Assembly (NCBI GenBank): GCA_964369355.1
Contig: CAYJEO010000001.1
Span: 31,090-91,759 of the forward strand
Origin: an uncultured Muribaculaceae bacterium
GTDB taxonomy: Bacteria > Bacillota_I > Bacilli_A > RF39 > UBA660
DNA length: 60,670 nt
Direction of reading: 5' to 3'
The notes beneath the pieces were generated by a model. The model was not told the origin of the DNA. It saw only the letters and a program-made list of their open reading frames with translations, and searched no databases. Positions 1 to 10,427 of this stretch are shown piece by piece. The translations under genes were made by a program, and so were the position numbers. Position 1 is the first letter of the stretch. Every line of letters begins with the position of its first letter.

Positions 1-23
1 TTTGTCGAAAAAAAGAAGAAAAA

Positions 24-344
24 CTACTTTTCTTCTAATTCATCAATATATTTTTTTAATTGCTTAGCATCTTCTCCAAATACTATTTTTAATTGGTTAT
101 CTATTTCTACTATACCTTGAGCACCCATTTTTTGAATTGCTTCCTTATTTGCTTTAGAAATATTTCTCAAATTAACTACAAATCTTGATTTATTTACTTC
201 GTAATTAATAATATTATTTTTACCCCCTAAAAATTCAATTAATTTATTTGCTTCTAATTTAAAATCTTTACTTCTTGATTTAGTAATTGCTATTGCAATT
301 ATAACTGTTACTATTATTACTATTAAGTATTTTAACATTTCCAT
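24..344 (-). CDS. Membrane-anchored PTS EIIB(Glc)-like domain protein with non-conserved phospho-Cys site
   Basis: 106-aa ORF. N-terminal TM helix (YLIVIIVTVIIAIAI), then LIEFLGGKNNIINYEVNKSRFVVNL...GIVEIDNQLKIVFG. This follows the EIIB pattern LGGxxNI....HCxTRLR...Q.v.G, but the His-Cys is Val-Asn. Confidence 0.5.
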   Translation of the reverse strand: MEMLKYLIVIIVTVIIAIAITKSRSKDFKLEANKLIEFLGGKNNIINYEVNKSRFVVNLRNISKANKEAIQKMGAQGIVEIDNQLKIVFGEDAKQLKKYIDELEEK

Positions 345-419
345 ACTATCACCTATAATATTATACTATATTTTTTTTATATTATCAAATAAAATGAACA
401 AAATAAAAATGGTGATGAT

Positions 420-1511
420 ATGCTAAAAAAAGATAAACAAATTATTTTAATTTATATATTGATTTTTTTTATTATAAGTATTTTATCTATTTATAGTGCA
501 CAAAAACTTCTACCTACTTATATGAACACTTTATATATAAAACAAATATTGTGGTATATATTAGGATTTATATTTATTTATTTCATATCTAAAATTAATA
601 TCAATATATACAAATATAGTATACACTTGTATATATTATTTACAGTTTTATTATTAGGTTTATTTTTCTTTGCTCCTGTTATTAATTCTGCTAAGTGTTG
701 GTATCAACTACCCATAATAGGTAATTTTCAACCTAGCGAATTTATGAAAATTGTTTTAATAATTGTTTTATCTAATGAATTATATAAATTTGAAAAAACA
801 AAAAAAAATATCAAAAAAGAATTTATGTTTTTACTTAAAATATTTTTAATAGTATTTATTCCAAGTATATTAACCTTTTTACAACCTGATACTGGTGTAG
901 TTTTAATTTATTTAGTAATTACTTTTACTATGTTATTTATATCTACTTTATCTTATTTTTGGTTTGTATTAATATTTATAATCATATTTTTATTTGTAAT
1001 ATTGTTTTTAAGTTTATATCATTTTAATATTGATTTATTTATTAATTTATTTGGAACAGATTCTTTTTTAAGAATAGAAAGATTACTTAATTGGTCTAGT
1101 AGTGACGGATATCAATTAGTCAATGGTATGTCTTCTATTGGAGGTGCTGGATTGTTTGGCTATGGTTATTTAAATACTCCAATTTATTTTCCTGAGCCAC
1201 ATACAGATTTTATATTTGCAACATTCTCTTCTAATTTTGGTTTTATAGGTTCATTAGTATTAATACTTCTTATTTTATTTTTTGATTTACACTTGATAAA
1301 AATAGCAAAAAAGATAAAGAAAAAAGATAAATATCTTATCTTTGGTTTTATAGGAATGCTAGTTTATCAGCAAGTTCAAAATATAGGTATGACTTTTGGT
1401 GTAATCCCTATTACTGGTATTACATTACCTTTTATTTCATACGGTGGTTCATCACTCTTAAGTTATATGATTTTAATTGGCTTAATAATGAATATAAAAA
1501 AAAGCTATTAG
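420..1511 (+). CDS. SEDS family peptidoglycan polymerase (FtsW/RodA/SpoVE)
   Basis: 363 aa with about 10 TM segments. Family-typical QPSEFMK, LQPDTG, PEPHTDFIF and a C-terminal GITLPFISYGGSS. RBS GGTGATGAT precedes the ATG. Confidence 0.85.
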   Translation: MLKKDKQIILIYILIFFIISILSIYSAQKLLPTYMNTLYIKQILWYILGFIFIYFISKININIYKYSIHLYILFTVLLLGLFFFAPVINSAKCWYQLPIIGNFQPSEFMKIVLIIVLSNELYKFEKTKKNIKKEFMFLLKIFLIVFIPSILTFLQPDTGVVLIYLVITFTMLFISTLSYFWFVLIFIIIFLFVILFLSLYHFNIDLFINLFGTDSFLRIERLLNWSSSDGYQLVNGMSSIGGAGLFGYGYLNTPIYFPEPHTDFIFATFSSNFGFIGSLVLILLILFFDLHLIKIAKKIKKKDKYLIFGFIGMLVYQQVQNIGMTFGVIPITGITLPFISYGGSSLLSYMILIGLIMNIKKSY

Positions 1512-1690
1512 TTAGCTTCTTTTTTTAATACTTCTTTACCTTTGTATGATCCACAAGCAGTACAAACTCTGTGTGGTCTAACATCAGCTCCACATTTTGT
1601 ACATTTTGTTGTAGCATTTTCACTAATTTTGTAGTGAGTTCTACGCATTCTACCTCTAGTTTTACTAACTTTTCTAAATGGTACAGCCAT
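1508..1690 (-). CDS. rpmF: 50S ribosomal protein L32
   Basis: MAVPFRKVSKTRGRMRRTH... with a CxxC...CxxC zinc ribbon (CTKCG / CTACG). Sits in the classic yceD-rpmF pair. Confidence 0.95.
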   Translation of the reverse strand: MAVPFRKVSKTRGRMRRTHYKISENATTKCTKCGADVRPHRVCTACGSYKGKEVLKKEAN

Positions 1691-1693
1691 TTT

Positions 1694-2185
1694 CTACACC
1701 TCTTTCTTAAATAAATCGTTTAATTTTTCAAATTCTGGATTAATATTTTCTTCTTCACCTGAAATTAATTTCCAACCATTTCCTTCTGTTTGGATATCAC
1801 TTGTTTCATTACTAACGACTTTCATTGGAATTTCCATTAATATATTTTCCCATATTATTGGAAAAATATCAATAGAATTTCCTATATTTTTCTGCTTTTC
1901 ATCAATTTCCTCGATTAAAACTTGTAAATAATCTGAAACATTAGTTTCAAAATCTACTTTTACTGGTTTTAATGTCAATGAACAAGGCAGAATCATAGTT
2001 CCGTTAATCGTGATATTCATAAAGTATTCATTTAAAGAATCTTTAGTAATATCTCCTTTTACTTCTACATTCAAAAGTTCTAATAGTTCACTATCTTTTA
2101 AATCTTCTTTTGTAAATTGTAGCGTTTCATTTATTTCAATAAATTTTTCTACATTACTTCTTAATTTTATTAAATCAATATTCAT
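1694..2185 (-). CDS. YceD/DUF177 family protein (23S rRNA accumulation protein-like)
   Basis: Lies immediately upstream of rpmF, as in most bacteria. Acidic protein of the right size. I place the start at MNIDLIKLR (2185), which has a GGTGAT RBS, rather than at the track start 2254, which has none. Confidence 0.6.
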   Translation of the reverse strand: MNIDLIKLRSNVEKFIEINETLQFTKEDLKDSELLELLNVEVKGDITKDSLNEYFMNITINGTMILPCSLTLKPVKVDFETNVSDYLQVLIEEIDEKQKNIGNSIDIFPIIWENILMEIPMKVVSNETSDIQTEGNGWKLISGEEENINPEFEKLNDLFKKEV

Positions 2186-2258
2186 AATATCACCAGCACT
2201 AACATTATACATAAGAATAGTGTTTTTTGCAAGGTTTTTTTGATTAAACAACAAAATA

Positions 2259-3182
2259 TTATTTTCTTAAATATTTTGATAACGTTGACATTTTATCAAT
2301 ATTTGAGTTTAATTGTTTTTCTATTAATAAAAGATTAAATTCAAACCATTTATTAAAAGATTCCTTTGTTGGATTTATAGCCATTTGATGAATTAAATTT
2401 CTGTATTCACCACGTTTATTAGTGTTATATAAAGCTTCACTAATATATACAGAAGGTAATTCTAAATTCATATTTGTTATATTTTTAGTTAATGACCATA
2501 TTTTAACATTTTCATATACTCTTGCTAATCTAGTGTTACCGTCTCTAAACATCTGTAAAGCAGCTATTAAACCATGTACAAATATTGGTTTAGAAAATAC
2601 TTCATATTCTTCATTTATATCATCATTGTTATACATATTCATTATGTACTTAGCAGCATCATTAATTTCTTTATAATCTATTGGTACATAATCAATTATT
2701 CTTTGTCCATCTTGTACTTTACCTACAAACGTTGTATTGTCAGTTCTAAAATTGGTGAAATCTTCTGTTAAATCTGCTGTTCCAAATAATAGTTTTTGAT
2801 GTGATATATCTAAATCCTTTGGAGTATATATTTGATTATTCATTTTATCTGCTATTAATTTATTTGTAGCTGTTGGCGTTCCGTATTTTAAAAATACATC
2901 AACTAATACTCCATCTACATTTTCTAAACCTTGGTTTCTTACAATTTCCTTATCTTTCAAAGTTTCTAAGAAAGGATTTAAATATTTATCTAATCGTGGC
3001 AACAATCCAATATATCTTTTATATTCATCCATTATGTATTCAGATAATTCCTTATTTTCATCTGATACTTTATAAGCATCAAATTGCTCTAGTAAAGACA
3101 TACCTGTAACTTTTATATTTTCTCTTTTTATTATCTCAGCCATTTCTTGTTCTTGTTTTATTATTTTTTCTGTTCTGCACAT
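2259..3182 (-). CDS. Fic/DOC family protein with degenerate active-site motif
   Basis: 307 aa. The Fic signature HPFx(D/E)GNGRxxR is present as QMFRDGNTRLAR (nt 2520-2555). GAGGTGA RBS before the ATG. Confidence 0.6.
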   Translation of the reverse strand: MCRTEKIIKQEQEMAEIIKRENIKVTGMSLLEQFDAYKVSDENKELSEYIMDEYKRYIGLLPRLDKYLNPFLETLKDKEIVRNQGLENVDGVLVDVFLKYGTPTATNKLIADKMNNQIYTPKDLDISHQKLLFGTADLTEDFTNFRTDNTTFVGKVQDGQRIIDYVPIDYKEINDAAKYIMNMYNNDDINEEYEVFSKPIFVHGLIAALQMFRDGNTRLARVYENVKIWSLTKNITNMNLELPSVYISEALYNTNKRGEYRNLIHQMAINPTKESFNKWFEFNLLLIEKQLNSNIDKMSTLSKYLRK

Positions 3183-3225
3183 ACTATCACCTCTTGTGCT
3201 AATTATTTTATCATTTTTAATTTTT

Positions 3226-3254
3226 TTGTCAATTATTTCTTTATATGTTATTAT
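3226..3254 (+). promoter_or_regulatory. Putative sigma-A promoter of tmcAL
   Basis: TTGTCA-17 nt-TATTAT with TG at the extended -10 position, about 20 nt upstream of the ATG at 3273. Confidence 0.4.
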
Positions 3255-3272
3255 ATTTACAGGTGATTATTT

Positions 3273-4388
3273 ATGGCTGTAGGAATTATTTGTGAATATA
3301 ACCCATTTCATAATGGGCATTTGCATCATTTAAAAGAAGTTAAAAGATTATATCCTTTAGAAGAAATTGTATTAATAATGTCTGGTAACTTTACTGAACG
3401 TGGTGATGTTAGTTTAATTAATAAATGGGATAAAACTGATATTGCTATTAATTATGGTGTTAATTTAGTAGTAGAACTTCCTTTTTGTTATGCTACCGAA
3501 AGTGCTGATAATTTTGCATATGGAAGTATTCGTTTATTAAATCATTTAAAAGTTAATACTTTAGTTTTTGGTAGTGAATGTAATGATGTTTCATTACTAA
3601 CTAAATTAGCAAATATACAATTAACTGAAGATTATAATTTATTAGTAAAAAAATATGTTGATGAAGGCATTAACTACCCTACTGCTTTGTCTATGTCTTT
3701 AAAACAATTAACTAATACTACTATTACTACTCCAAATGATATTTTAGGTATTTCTTATATTAGAGAAATAATTAAATTAAAATCAAATATTAAACCTATA
3801 ACAATTAAAAGAACAAATGACTTTCACGATATTGATAGCGATGTTGCTTCTGCTACTAGCATAAGAAATTCTTTATTAGAAAATAAAGATGTATCTAAAG
3901 TAGTTCCTAAATATACTTTAAAGTATTTAAATAATTATAATTTTATAGATAATTATTTTGATTTAATAAAATATAAAATAATATCTAGTGAGGATTTAAG
4001 TATATATCATAATGTAGATATAGATCTTGCTAGTAGAATAAAGTCAAATATTTTTAAATCTAATTGTTTAGAAGAGCTAATTTTAAACGTGAAAACCAAA
4101 AGATATACATATAATAGAATTAAAAGATGTCTACTTATGATTTTATGTAACTATACTAAAGAAGAAGCTATAATAAATAAAAGTTATGACTATATAAGAA
4201 TATTAGGTTTTGATAATATAGGTAAAACTTATTTAAATAAACTAAAAAAAGAACTTAATGTTCCTTTAATAGTTAATTATAAAAAATGTTTCGATGATTT
4301 TTTGAAACTAGAAACCAAAGTAACAAATATATATAATTTATATAAAGATACTATCTGTTTAGAAACCTCTAAACCTATAATAAGATAA
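3273..4388 (+). CDS. tmcAL: tRNA(Met) cytidine acetate ligase (UPF0348/YlbM family nucleotidyltransferase)
   Basis: N-terminal GIICEYNPFHNGHLHHLKE (HxGH nucleotidyltransferase motif typical of YlbM/TmcAL). 371 aa. Confidence 0.8.
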   Translation: MAVGIICEYNPFHNGHLHHLKEVKRLYPLEEIVLIMSGNFTERGDVSLINKWDKTDIAINYGVNLVVELPFCYATESADNFAYGSIRLLNHLKVNTLVFGSECNDVSLLTKLANIQLTEDYNLLVKKYVDEGINYPTALSMSLKQLTNTTITTPNDILGISYIREIIKLKSNIKPITIKRTNDFHDIDSDVASATSIRNSLLENKDVSKVVPKYTLKYLNNYNFIDNYFDLIKYKIISSEDLSIYHNVDIDLASRIKSNIFKSNCLEELILNVKTKRYTYNRIKRCLLMILCNYTKEEAIINKSYDYIRILGFDNIGKTYLNKLKKELNVPLIVNYKKCFDDFLKLETKVTNIYNLYKDTICLETSKPIIR

Positions 4389-4400
4389 TATCTTTTTTTA

Positions 4401-5804
4401 TTACATTTCAACTATTTTAATAAAATTAGTTGATTGTTTATCATCTGTTAAAATACCACCAGTTGCAATAATAATATCTTTTTCTTTTAATGAAATAAAT
4501 TCTTTAGCTAATTGTTTTGCATTTTCAACTAAATCTTCAACATCATCAGATTTTTTATAAACTACAGGGTGTACTCCCCAGTTTAAAGTAAGTGAATATG
4601 CTGTTAATTCATCTTGACATAAAGCAATAATAAATGACGCTGGTTTTAATGAACTAATTGATTTTGCAGAATATCCTGTAATTGAATTTACAACTATTGC
4701 TTTTACATCTAAGGTATTTGCACATTCTACTACTGATTTAGCAATTGTTTTAGTTATATCATAATTTTTTAGTTTAACTTCTTTTAAATAATTATAATGA
4801 TTTTCAGAATTTATACAAATATCTGCCATAAATCTTACTACTTCAATAGGATATTTACCAGTAGTTGTTTCTCCTGATAACATAACACAGTCTGCTCCAT
4901 CTAATACAGCATTTGCTACATCTGAAACTTCTGCTCTTGTAGGTCTTGCTGATTTTTTCATTGATTCTAACATTTCTGTTGCTACTATACAAAATTTATT
5001 TTCTTGTCTACATTTATCGATCATCATTTTTTGTAATATTGGTAAGTGTTCCATAGGTACTTCAACACCTAAATCTCCTCTTGCTACCATTATTCCATCT
5101 GATAATTCAATAATTTCATCTAAATTATCAATTCCTGTTTGGCTTTCGATTTTAGATATTATTTTTAAATCTTCTCTGTTTTCTTGTTTTAATATTTCTT
5201 TAGCTTGTAAAATATCTTCTTTACTATTTACAAATGATAAAGCTAAAAAATCTCCTTCGTGTCTACATGCAAATATAATGTCTTCTCTATCTACATCACT
5301 AATAAATGGAATGTTTAAGTTAATACCTGGTGCACTTAAACTTTTTTTATTTCCTAATTTACCACCATTAATTACTCTACAAGTAACACCGTCTTCTTCT
5401 TTTGATATTACTTCTATTTTCATTAATCCATTTTCTAATAATACAACATCGTCTTTTTGTAATGCTGCTATTGCTTGTGGATGATTAACACTAAATCTTT
5501 CATTGTTTCCTAATACTTTATCTTTAACTAATCTAATATTAGCACCTTCTACTAATTCAATTTCATTATTTTCCATCATTCCAGATCTAAATTCTGGTCC
5601 TTTTGTATCGTATAAAATTCCTATTGGTTTTTTAGTTTCAATACGTACTTTTTTTACTGTATCTAATACTTGTAGTCTTTCTTCTAATGTTGCGTGTGAG
5701 AAATTTATTCTCGCTACATTCATTCCTACATTTACCATTTTTGACATTACTTCAACTGTATTACTTGCAGGTCCTATACTTGCTATTATTTTTGTTTTTT
5801 TCAT
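4401..5804 (-). CDS. pyk: Pyruvate kinase
   Basis: KTKIIASIGPAS, RINFSH, MVARGDLGVEVP. 467 aa. AAAGGAGTG RBS. Confidence 0.95.
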   Translation of the reverse strand: MKKTKIIASIGPASNTVEVMSKMVNVGMNVARINFSHATLEERLQVLDTVKKVRIETKKPIGILYDTKGPEFRSGMMENNEIELVEGANIRLVKDKVLGNNERFSVNHPQAIAALQKDDVVLLENGLMKIEVISKEEDGVTCRVINGGKLGNKKSLSAPGINLNIPFISDVDREDIIFACRHEGDFLALSFVNSKEDILQAKEILKQENREDLKIISKIESQTGIDNLDEIIELSDGIMVARGDLGVEVPMEHLPILQKMMIDKCRQENKFCIVATEMLESMKKSARPTRAEVSDVANAVLDGADCVMLSGETTTGKYPIEVVRFMADICINSENHYNYLKEVKLKNYDITKTIAKSVVECANTLDVKAIVVNSITGYSAKSISSLKPASFIIALCQDELTAYSLTLNWGVHPVVYKKSDDVEDLVENAKQLAKEFISLKEKDIIIATGGILTDDKQSTNFIKIVEM

Positions 5805-6628
5805 TACTTACACTCCTTTTGGCATTTAGTACAGTAATATGTACCTCTGCCTCCTACTTTTATTTTGTTAATTTTTGTATTACATATACTGCACAATTCA
5901 TCCTTTTTGCCATGCACGTATAAACTTTGTTGGAATCTTCCATGTACACCTTCTTGTGATGTATAACTTCTTATAGTTGTTCCACCTTCATTTATAGCTT
6001 TTTCTAATGTTTGTTTTGTATATTTAATTATGTTTTCCAAATCTTTTTCTTTTAAATCAATTGCTTTAGTTAAAGGATTAATTTTAGATAAAAATAATAT
6101 TTCATCTGCATATATATTTCCTATACCTGTAATTATTGATTGATCTAATATAACTGTTTTAATCGGTAATTTTTTATTTTTATATGCTTCTTTCAAATAA
6201 TTTACATCTAAATTCTTATCCCAAGGTTCTAATCCTAATTCTGATAAAGGTTTTACTTTTAGTAAATCTTCTTTTTTTAACAAATGCATTTTTCCAAATT
6301 TTCTTACATCCTGATATAACAAATTTGTATCATTTAATTCGAATATTACATGAACATGGTTCAAATCTTCATAATTTTGTCTTATAAAGTATTTACCTTC
6401 CATTCTTAAATGTGATAGTAAATAATAATCACTTAGTTCAAATATTAACCATTTACCTAATCTAGTTATATCTTTTATTTCTTGATTTTTAATTTTTTCT
6501 ATAAATTGTTTTGCATCCATATTTTCAATTATGTTTTCATGTTTAACAATACAATTTTTAATTATTTTATTTAATACTTTAGTTTTTAATGTGTTTTTTA
6601 CTGTTTCTACTTCTGGTAATTCTGGCAT
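5804..6628 (-). CDS. mutM: Formamidopyrimidine-DNA glycosylase
   Basis: MPELPEVETV N-terminus (catalytic Pro2), H2TH region, C-terminal zinc finger CSIC...CTKC. Confidence 0.93.
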   Translation of the reverse strand: MPELPEVETVKNTLKTKVLNKIIKNCIVKHENIIENMDAKQFIEKIKNQEIKDITRLGKWLIFELSDYYLLSHLRMEGKYFIRQNYEDLNHVHVIFELNDTNLLYQDVRKFGKMHLLKKEDLLKVKPLSELGLEPWDKNLDVNYLKEAYKNKKLPIKTVILDQSIITGIGNIYADEILFLSKINPLTKAIDLKEKDLENIIKYTKQTLEKAINEGGTTIRSYTSQEGVHGRFQQSLYVHGKKDELCSICNTKINKIKVGGRGTYYCTKCQKECK

Positions 6629-6689
6629 AACTACCTCCTTGTACTAATTTATTTTACCATATTTTTATAATAAAAAAAGAAATAATTGC

Positions 6690-8027
6690 TTATTTCTTAA
6701 ATGTTTTTATTATTTCTTTAAAGTGATTTCCTCTATCTTCAAATTTTTTATACTGATCCCAAGAGGCACATGAAGGAGATAATAATACAACATCTCCTTT
6801 ATTTGATATTTCATATGCTTTTTTTGTTGCTTGTTCTAGATTATCAAATATATAATTTTCTATATTCAATGAGTTAGCAAAGTCTTTTACTTTTTCTTTT
6901 GTTTCTCCATATCCGATTATTGCTTTTGTGTTTTTAGTATAATCTTTTAATTCATCAAAGAAATGTCCTCTATCTAGCCCACCTAGTAATAAAACAGTTG
7001 GTTCAGTAAATGCTGATAATGCTATTTTTGTAGATTCTACATTTGTCGCTTTTGAATCATTATAAAACTTAATACCACCTACTTCATCTACATATTCCAT
7101 TCTGTGTTCTACTCCACCAAAATTATTTAAATATTCTTTAATTATTTCATTTGATACATTAAATTGTTTTGCAACTGCTATTGCACACATTATGTTTTCA
7201 TAATTATGATTTCCTTTTAATTTAATATCTTGTAATTTTATTATTTCTTCTTTATTAAAATAAATTGCATCATTTTCTAAATATAAGTTATGTTTGTTTT
7301 TTGAAGAAAATAAAATTTTAGTTGATTTAATGTCTTTTGTTTGCTCTAATACATCACTATCTTCTCCATTAATTATTGCTACTTCATTTTCTGTATGATT
7401 TCTAAATATTAAGGTTTTATTATATTTGTAAAAATCATATGTCCCAAAATGATCTAAATGTACTTCACTTAGATTTGTCATTATAGCAATATCTGTTTTA
7501 AAATCTTTAGTATCATGTAATTGATGACCTGCTATTTCTAATACTAATATATCTCCTTTTTTAGAGTTACTTACTAATGAACATACTGGATATCCAATAT
7601 TACCACCTAGGTGAACAGGTAAGTTAGCATTTTTTAATATATTATAAGTTAGCGTTGTTGTAGTTGTTTTACCATTTGATCCTGTTATACCTACAATTTT
7701 AACATCCATATCTTTTAGATATTGATATGCAACTTCTACTTCATTAATTACTGGTATATTTAATTCTTTTGCTTTTAATATAGCTGGATGATCTAATTTG
7801 ATACCTGGATTTTTAACTAAATAATCATATTCTTCATTCAATAATTCTACTGGACTTTGGCCTATTACAATTTCAACACCTAAGCTAGTTAATTCTTTTA
7901 CATGTTCTTCATTTTGCTCTGATGCATCGTTTACAGTTACAACTGCACCTTTATTTGCTAGTAGTTTGGCAGCTTCATATCCACTTCTTGCCATTCCTAA
8001 TATAAACATCTTTTTATTTTTATACAT
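6690..8027 (-). CDS. murD: UDP-N-acetylmuramoyl-L-alanine--D-glutamate ligase
   Basis: Rossmann N-terminus ILGMARSG, P-loop GITGSNGKTTT, Mur ligase C-terminal domain. Start moved to MYKNKK (GAGGAGAG RBS) from the track start 8042. Confidence 0.9.
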   Translation of the reverse strand: MYKNKKMFILGMARSGYEAAKLLANKGAVVTVNDASEQNEEHVKELTSLGVEIVIGQSPVELLNEEYDYLVKNPGIKLDHPAILKAKELNIPVINEVEVAYQYLKDMDVKIVGITGSNGKTTTTTLTYNILKNANLPVHLGGNIGYPVCSLVSNSKKGDILVLEIAGHQLHDTKDFKTDIAIMTNLSEVHLDHFGTYDFYKYNKTLIFRNHTENEVAIINGEDSDVLEQTKDIKSTKILFSSKNKHNLYLENDAIYFNKEEIIKLQDIKLKGNHNYENIMCAIAVAKQFNVSNEIIKEYLNNFGGVEHRMEYVDEVGGIKFYNDSKATNVESTKIALSAFTEPTVLLLGGLDRGHFFDELKDYTKNTKAIIGYGETKEKVKDFANSLNIENYIFDNLEQATKKAYEISNKGDVVLLSPSCASWDQYKKFEDRGNHFKEIIKTFKK

Positions 8028-8075
8028 TTTATCTCTCCTCATCTTTTTTTATTATATCAAATATATGTTTAAAGT

Positions 8076-8100
8076 AAAAGAAAAAGACTTATTAGTCTTT
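8076..8100 (-). terminator. Rho-independent terminator after the hybrid kinase gene
   Basis: AAGACT-tatt-AGTCTT hairpin (8084-8099) followed by a U-rich run on the minus strand. Overlaps the stop codon. Confidence 0.55.
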
Positions 8101-10371
8101 AGCTGTATATTTATTAACAGTATCTATTAATAATTGTTTATTAATTGGTTTTGGGATATATTCATCAAATCCTTCTGTTAGGTAATATTCTCTACTTCCA
8201 TCAATTGCATTTGCAGTTACTGCTACTACAGGTGTAGTAAAATTTTGCATTTGTTTTAATTCTTTTAATGTTTCAACTCCTGATAATTCTGGCATCATAT
8301 CATCCATTAAAATTAAATCATATTTTTGTCCATTTTGAATATTAGTTAAACATTCTTTACCACTTAATACTTCAACCATATCAATTTCTAAATCTTTTAA
8401 TAATTTAGTTGCTATTTTTAAGTTCACTTTATTATCATCTACAATCAATACTTTTTTATGTTTTGTGTCTATTACGTTCATGATATTTATTGTATTTTCT
8501 AAATCAACTATTTCTAAAGTATCTCTTAATTTTTTTGGTGTTAAGAATCTATAAAATACTTTTAATAATTCTTCTTTATCTATTGGTTTTGCTAAATAGT
8601 CATCGAATCCTTTTTCAATATACATCTCTTTCATACCAGATATGGCGTTTGCTGTTAGTGCTACTACTGGGATATTGAAATTATTAATTTCTTTTAAGTG
8701 TTTTAATGTGTCTTGTCCACTTAATATAGGCATCATATCATCTAATAAAATTAAATCATAATTAAATCCTAGTTTTATTTTATCTATGCATTCTAAACCT
8801 GACTCAATCATTTCTGTTTCTATATTATATTTTTTAATTAATTTATCTGCCACTTTTAAGTTTAATTTATTGTCATCTACTAATAATACTTTCATACCTG
8901 AAAAGTCTACATTATGTGATAACTCTTGCATATCTTTTTCTTCAGCACCGGCATGAAGTTTTACTATTTTTTGTTGTAAGTAAATACTAAATTTAGTACC
9001 TTCTCCATAATTAGATGATACTACTATTTTACCACCTAACATTTCAACTAAAGATTTAGTAATTGCAAGACCTAATCCAGTACCTTCTATTGTTGTGTTT
9101 TTATCTTCATCTAATCTATTAAACTTAGTAAATAATGTTTGTATTTTTTCAGTTCTGATTCCTCTTCCTGTATCTTCTATAGTGATAACTAATGATGAAT
9201 CATCACCTTCATTTATACAAGTCACTGCAAATATGATATAACCTGCTTCAGTATATTTAACTGCATTGGTTAAAACATTTGTTATTATTTGTTTTATTTT
9301 TCCAATATCACCATACATTGTTGCCGGTAAATCTTCTGAAAAATGTGTTTTTAATTGAATTGGTTTTTCTCCAATTCTTGGAACTACTAATTTAGCTATA
9401 TTATTTAATTGCGACATTAAATTATAGTTTTGATTAACTATTTCCATTTTATCAGCTTCAATTTTTGATATATCTAATATACCATTTACTATTTCAAGTA
9501 AGTTTTGTGAAGCCATTATAATATCATCAGCATCTTTTTTTGTATCTTCTATATCATGTTCTGCTTTGATACATTCGGAAAAACCTATTATTGCATTTAA
9601 AGGTGTTCTTATTTCATGTGACATACTGGATAAGAAATCTGTTTTTGCTCTATTTGCCTTTTCAGCATATTCTTTTGCTTGTTCTATTTGTTCAATCATT
9701 TTAACATCTGGATTTTCGATAGTGAAAAACATAATGTAAACAAGAAAAATTGGTATTAAATCTACTAACATCAATTCTGGTACAAAATATGATATTAATA
9801 AAATAGGAATTAGAAATAATAAAATATAATATATTGTTTTAAATCTGTTATCCAATCTTTTTTTATTTATAAAAGCAAATATGAATATAGCAACCGCTAT
9901 TGCGCCAATACAAGCATAGCTAAAGTTAACTAACATTCCCTCAGATTGTGTAACTCCTAAATTTTGAGTAAATTCAATATCTAAAAATAAATTAATAATG
10001 AAAAATATCGGAACAGTAATAAGATAAGTTAATGCAATATTTTTTTTATTAAGTTTGTCTTTTTTTATCAAATATAAATTATATAAAAATAGTGAAATAA
10101 TTGTTATATATAACAATGTTACAATTCCAATATTTAAAAATTTCATAATATAATAAAATTCTTCATTTACCAATTCAATATGAAAAAAAGCTGATATTGT
10201 TAGAGCAACTGAATTGAAAACAGTAAATATTGTAGTCGCTATAAGCATTATTTCAAAAAATGTGTTTTCAAAAACTTTTAATTTTGGCTTTGGAAAATAA
10301 AAAACACAAAGCATAAACATAAAAATAAAGCTAAGTATTGGTATTTTAAATCCTAAATTTAGTAGTTCCAT
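8092..10371 (-). CDS. Hybrid sensor histidine kinase with polytopic membrane sensor and two C-terminal receiver domains
   Basis: About 6-7 TM helices. H-box [12 protein letters not shown]1 DTGRGI, G2 GTGLGLAI. Two REC domains follow (VLLVDDNK...ILLDDMMP...ALTANA, about 8548-8895, and VLIVDDNK...ILMDDMMP...AVTANA, about 8107-8460). Confidence 0.9.
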   Translation of the reverse strand: MELLNLGFKIPILSFIFMFMLCVFYFPKPKLKVFENTFFEIMLIATTIFTVFNSVALTISAFFHIELVNEEFYYIMKFLNIGIVTLLYITIISLFLYNLYLIKKDKLNKKNIALTYLITVPIFFIINLFLDIEFTQNLGVTQSEGMLVNFSYACIGAIAVAIFIFAFINKKRLDNRFKTIYYILLFLIPILLISYFVPELMLVDLIPIFLVYIMFFTIENPDVKMIEQIEQAKEYAEKANRAKTDFLSSMSHEIRTPLNAIIGFSECIKAEHDIEDTKKDADDIIMASQNLLEIVNGILDISKIEADKMEIVNQNYNLMSQLNNIAKLVVPRIGEKPIQLKTHFSEDLPATMYGDIGKIKQIITNVLTNAVKYTEAGYIIFAVTCINEGDDSSLVITIEDTGRGIRTEKIQTLFTKFNRLDEDKNTTIEGTGLGLAITKSLVEMLGGKIVVSSNYGEGTKFSIYLQQKIVKLHAGAEEKDMQELSHNVDFSGMKVLLVDDNKLNLKVADKLIKKYNIETEMIESGLECIDKIKLGFNYDLILLDDMMPILSGQDTLKHLKEINNFNIPVVALTANAISGMKEMYIEKGFDDYLAKPIDKEELLKVFYRFLTPKKLRDTLEIVDLENTINIMNVIDTKHKKVLIVDDNKVNLKIATKLLKDLEIDMVEVLSGKECLTNIQNGQKYDLILMDDMMPELSGVETLKELKQMQNFTTPVVAVTANAIDGSREYYLTEGFDEYIPKPINKQLLIDTVNKYTAKD

Positions 10372-10427
10372 AGTATCACCTTAAACAATTATATCACTCT
10401 TTAAATCATTCTGTCTATCTCTTTAAA

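Noticed and set aside
788-812. A9 homopolymer (acaaaaaaaaat) inside the SEDS gene considered as a phase-variation tract.
   Set aside because: Lys-rich loops encoded by A-runs are ubiquitous in this AT-rich genome. The frame is intact and there is no evidence of length heterogeneity.
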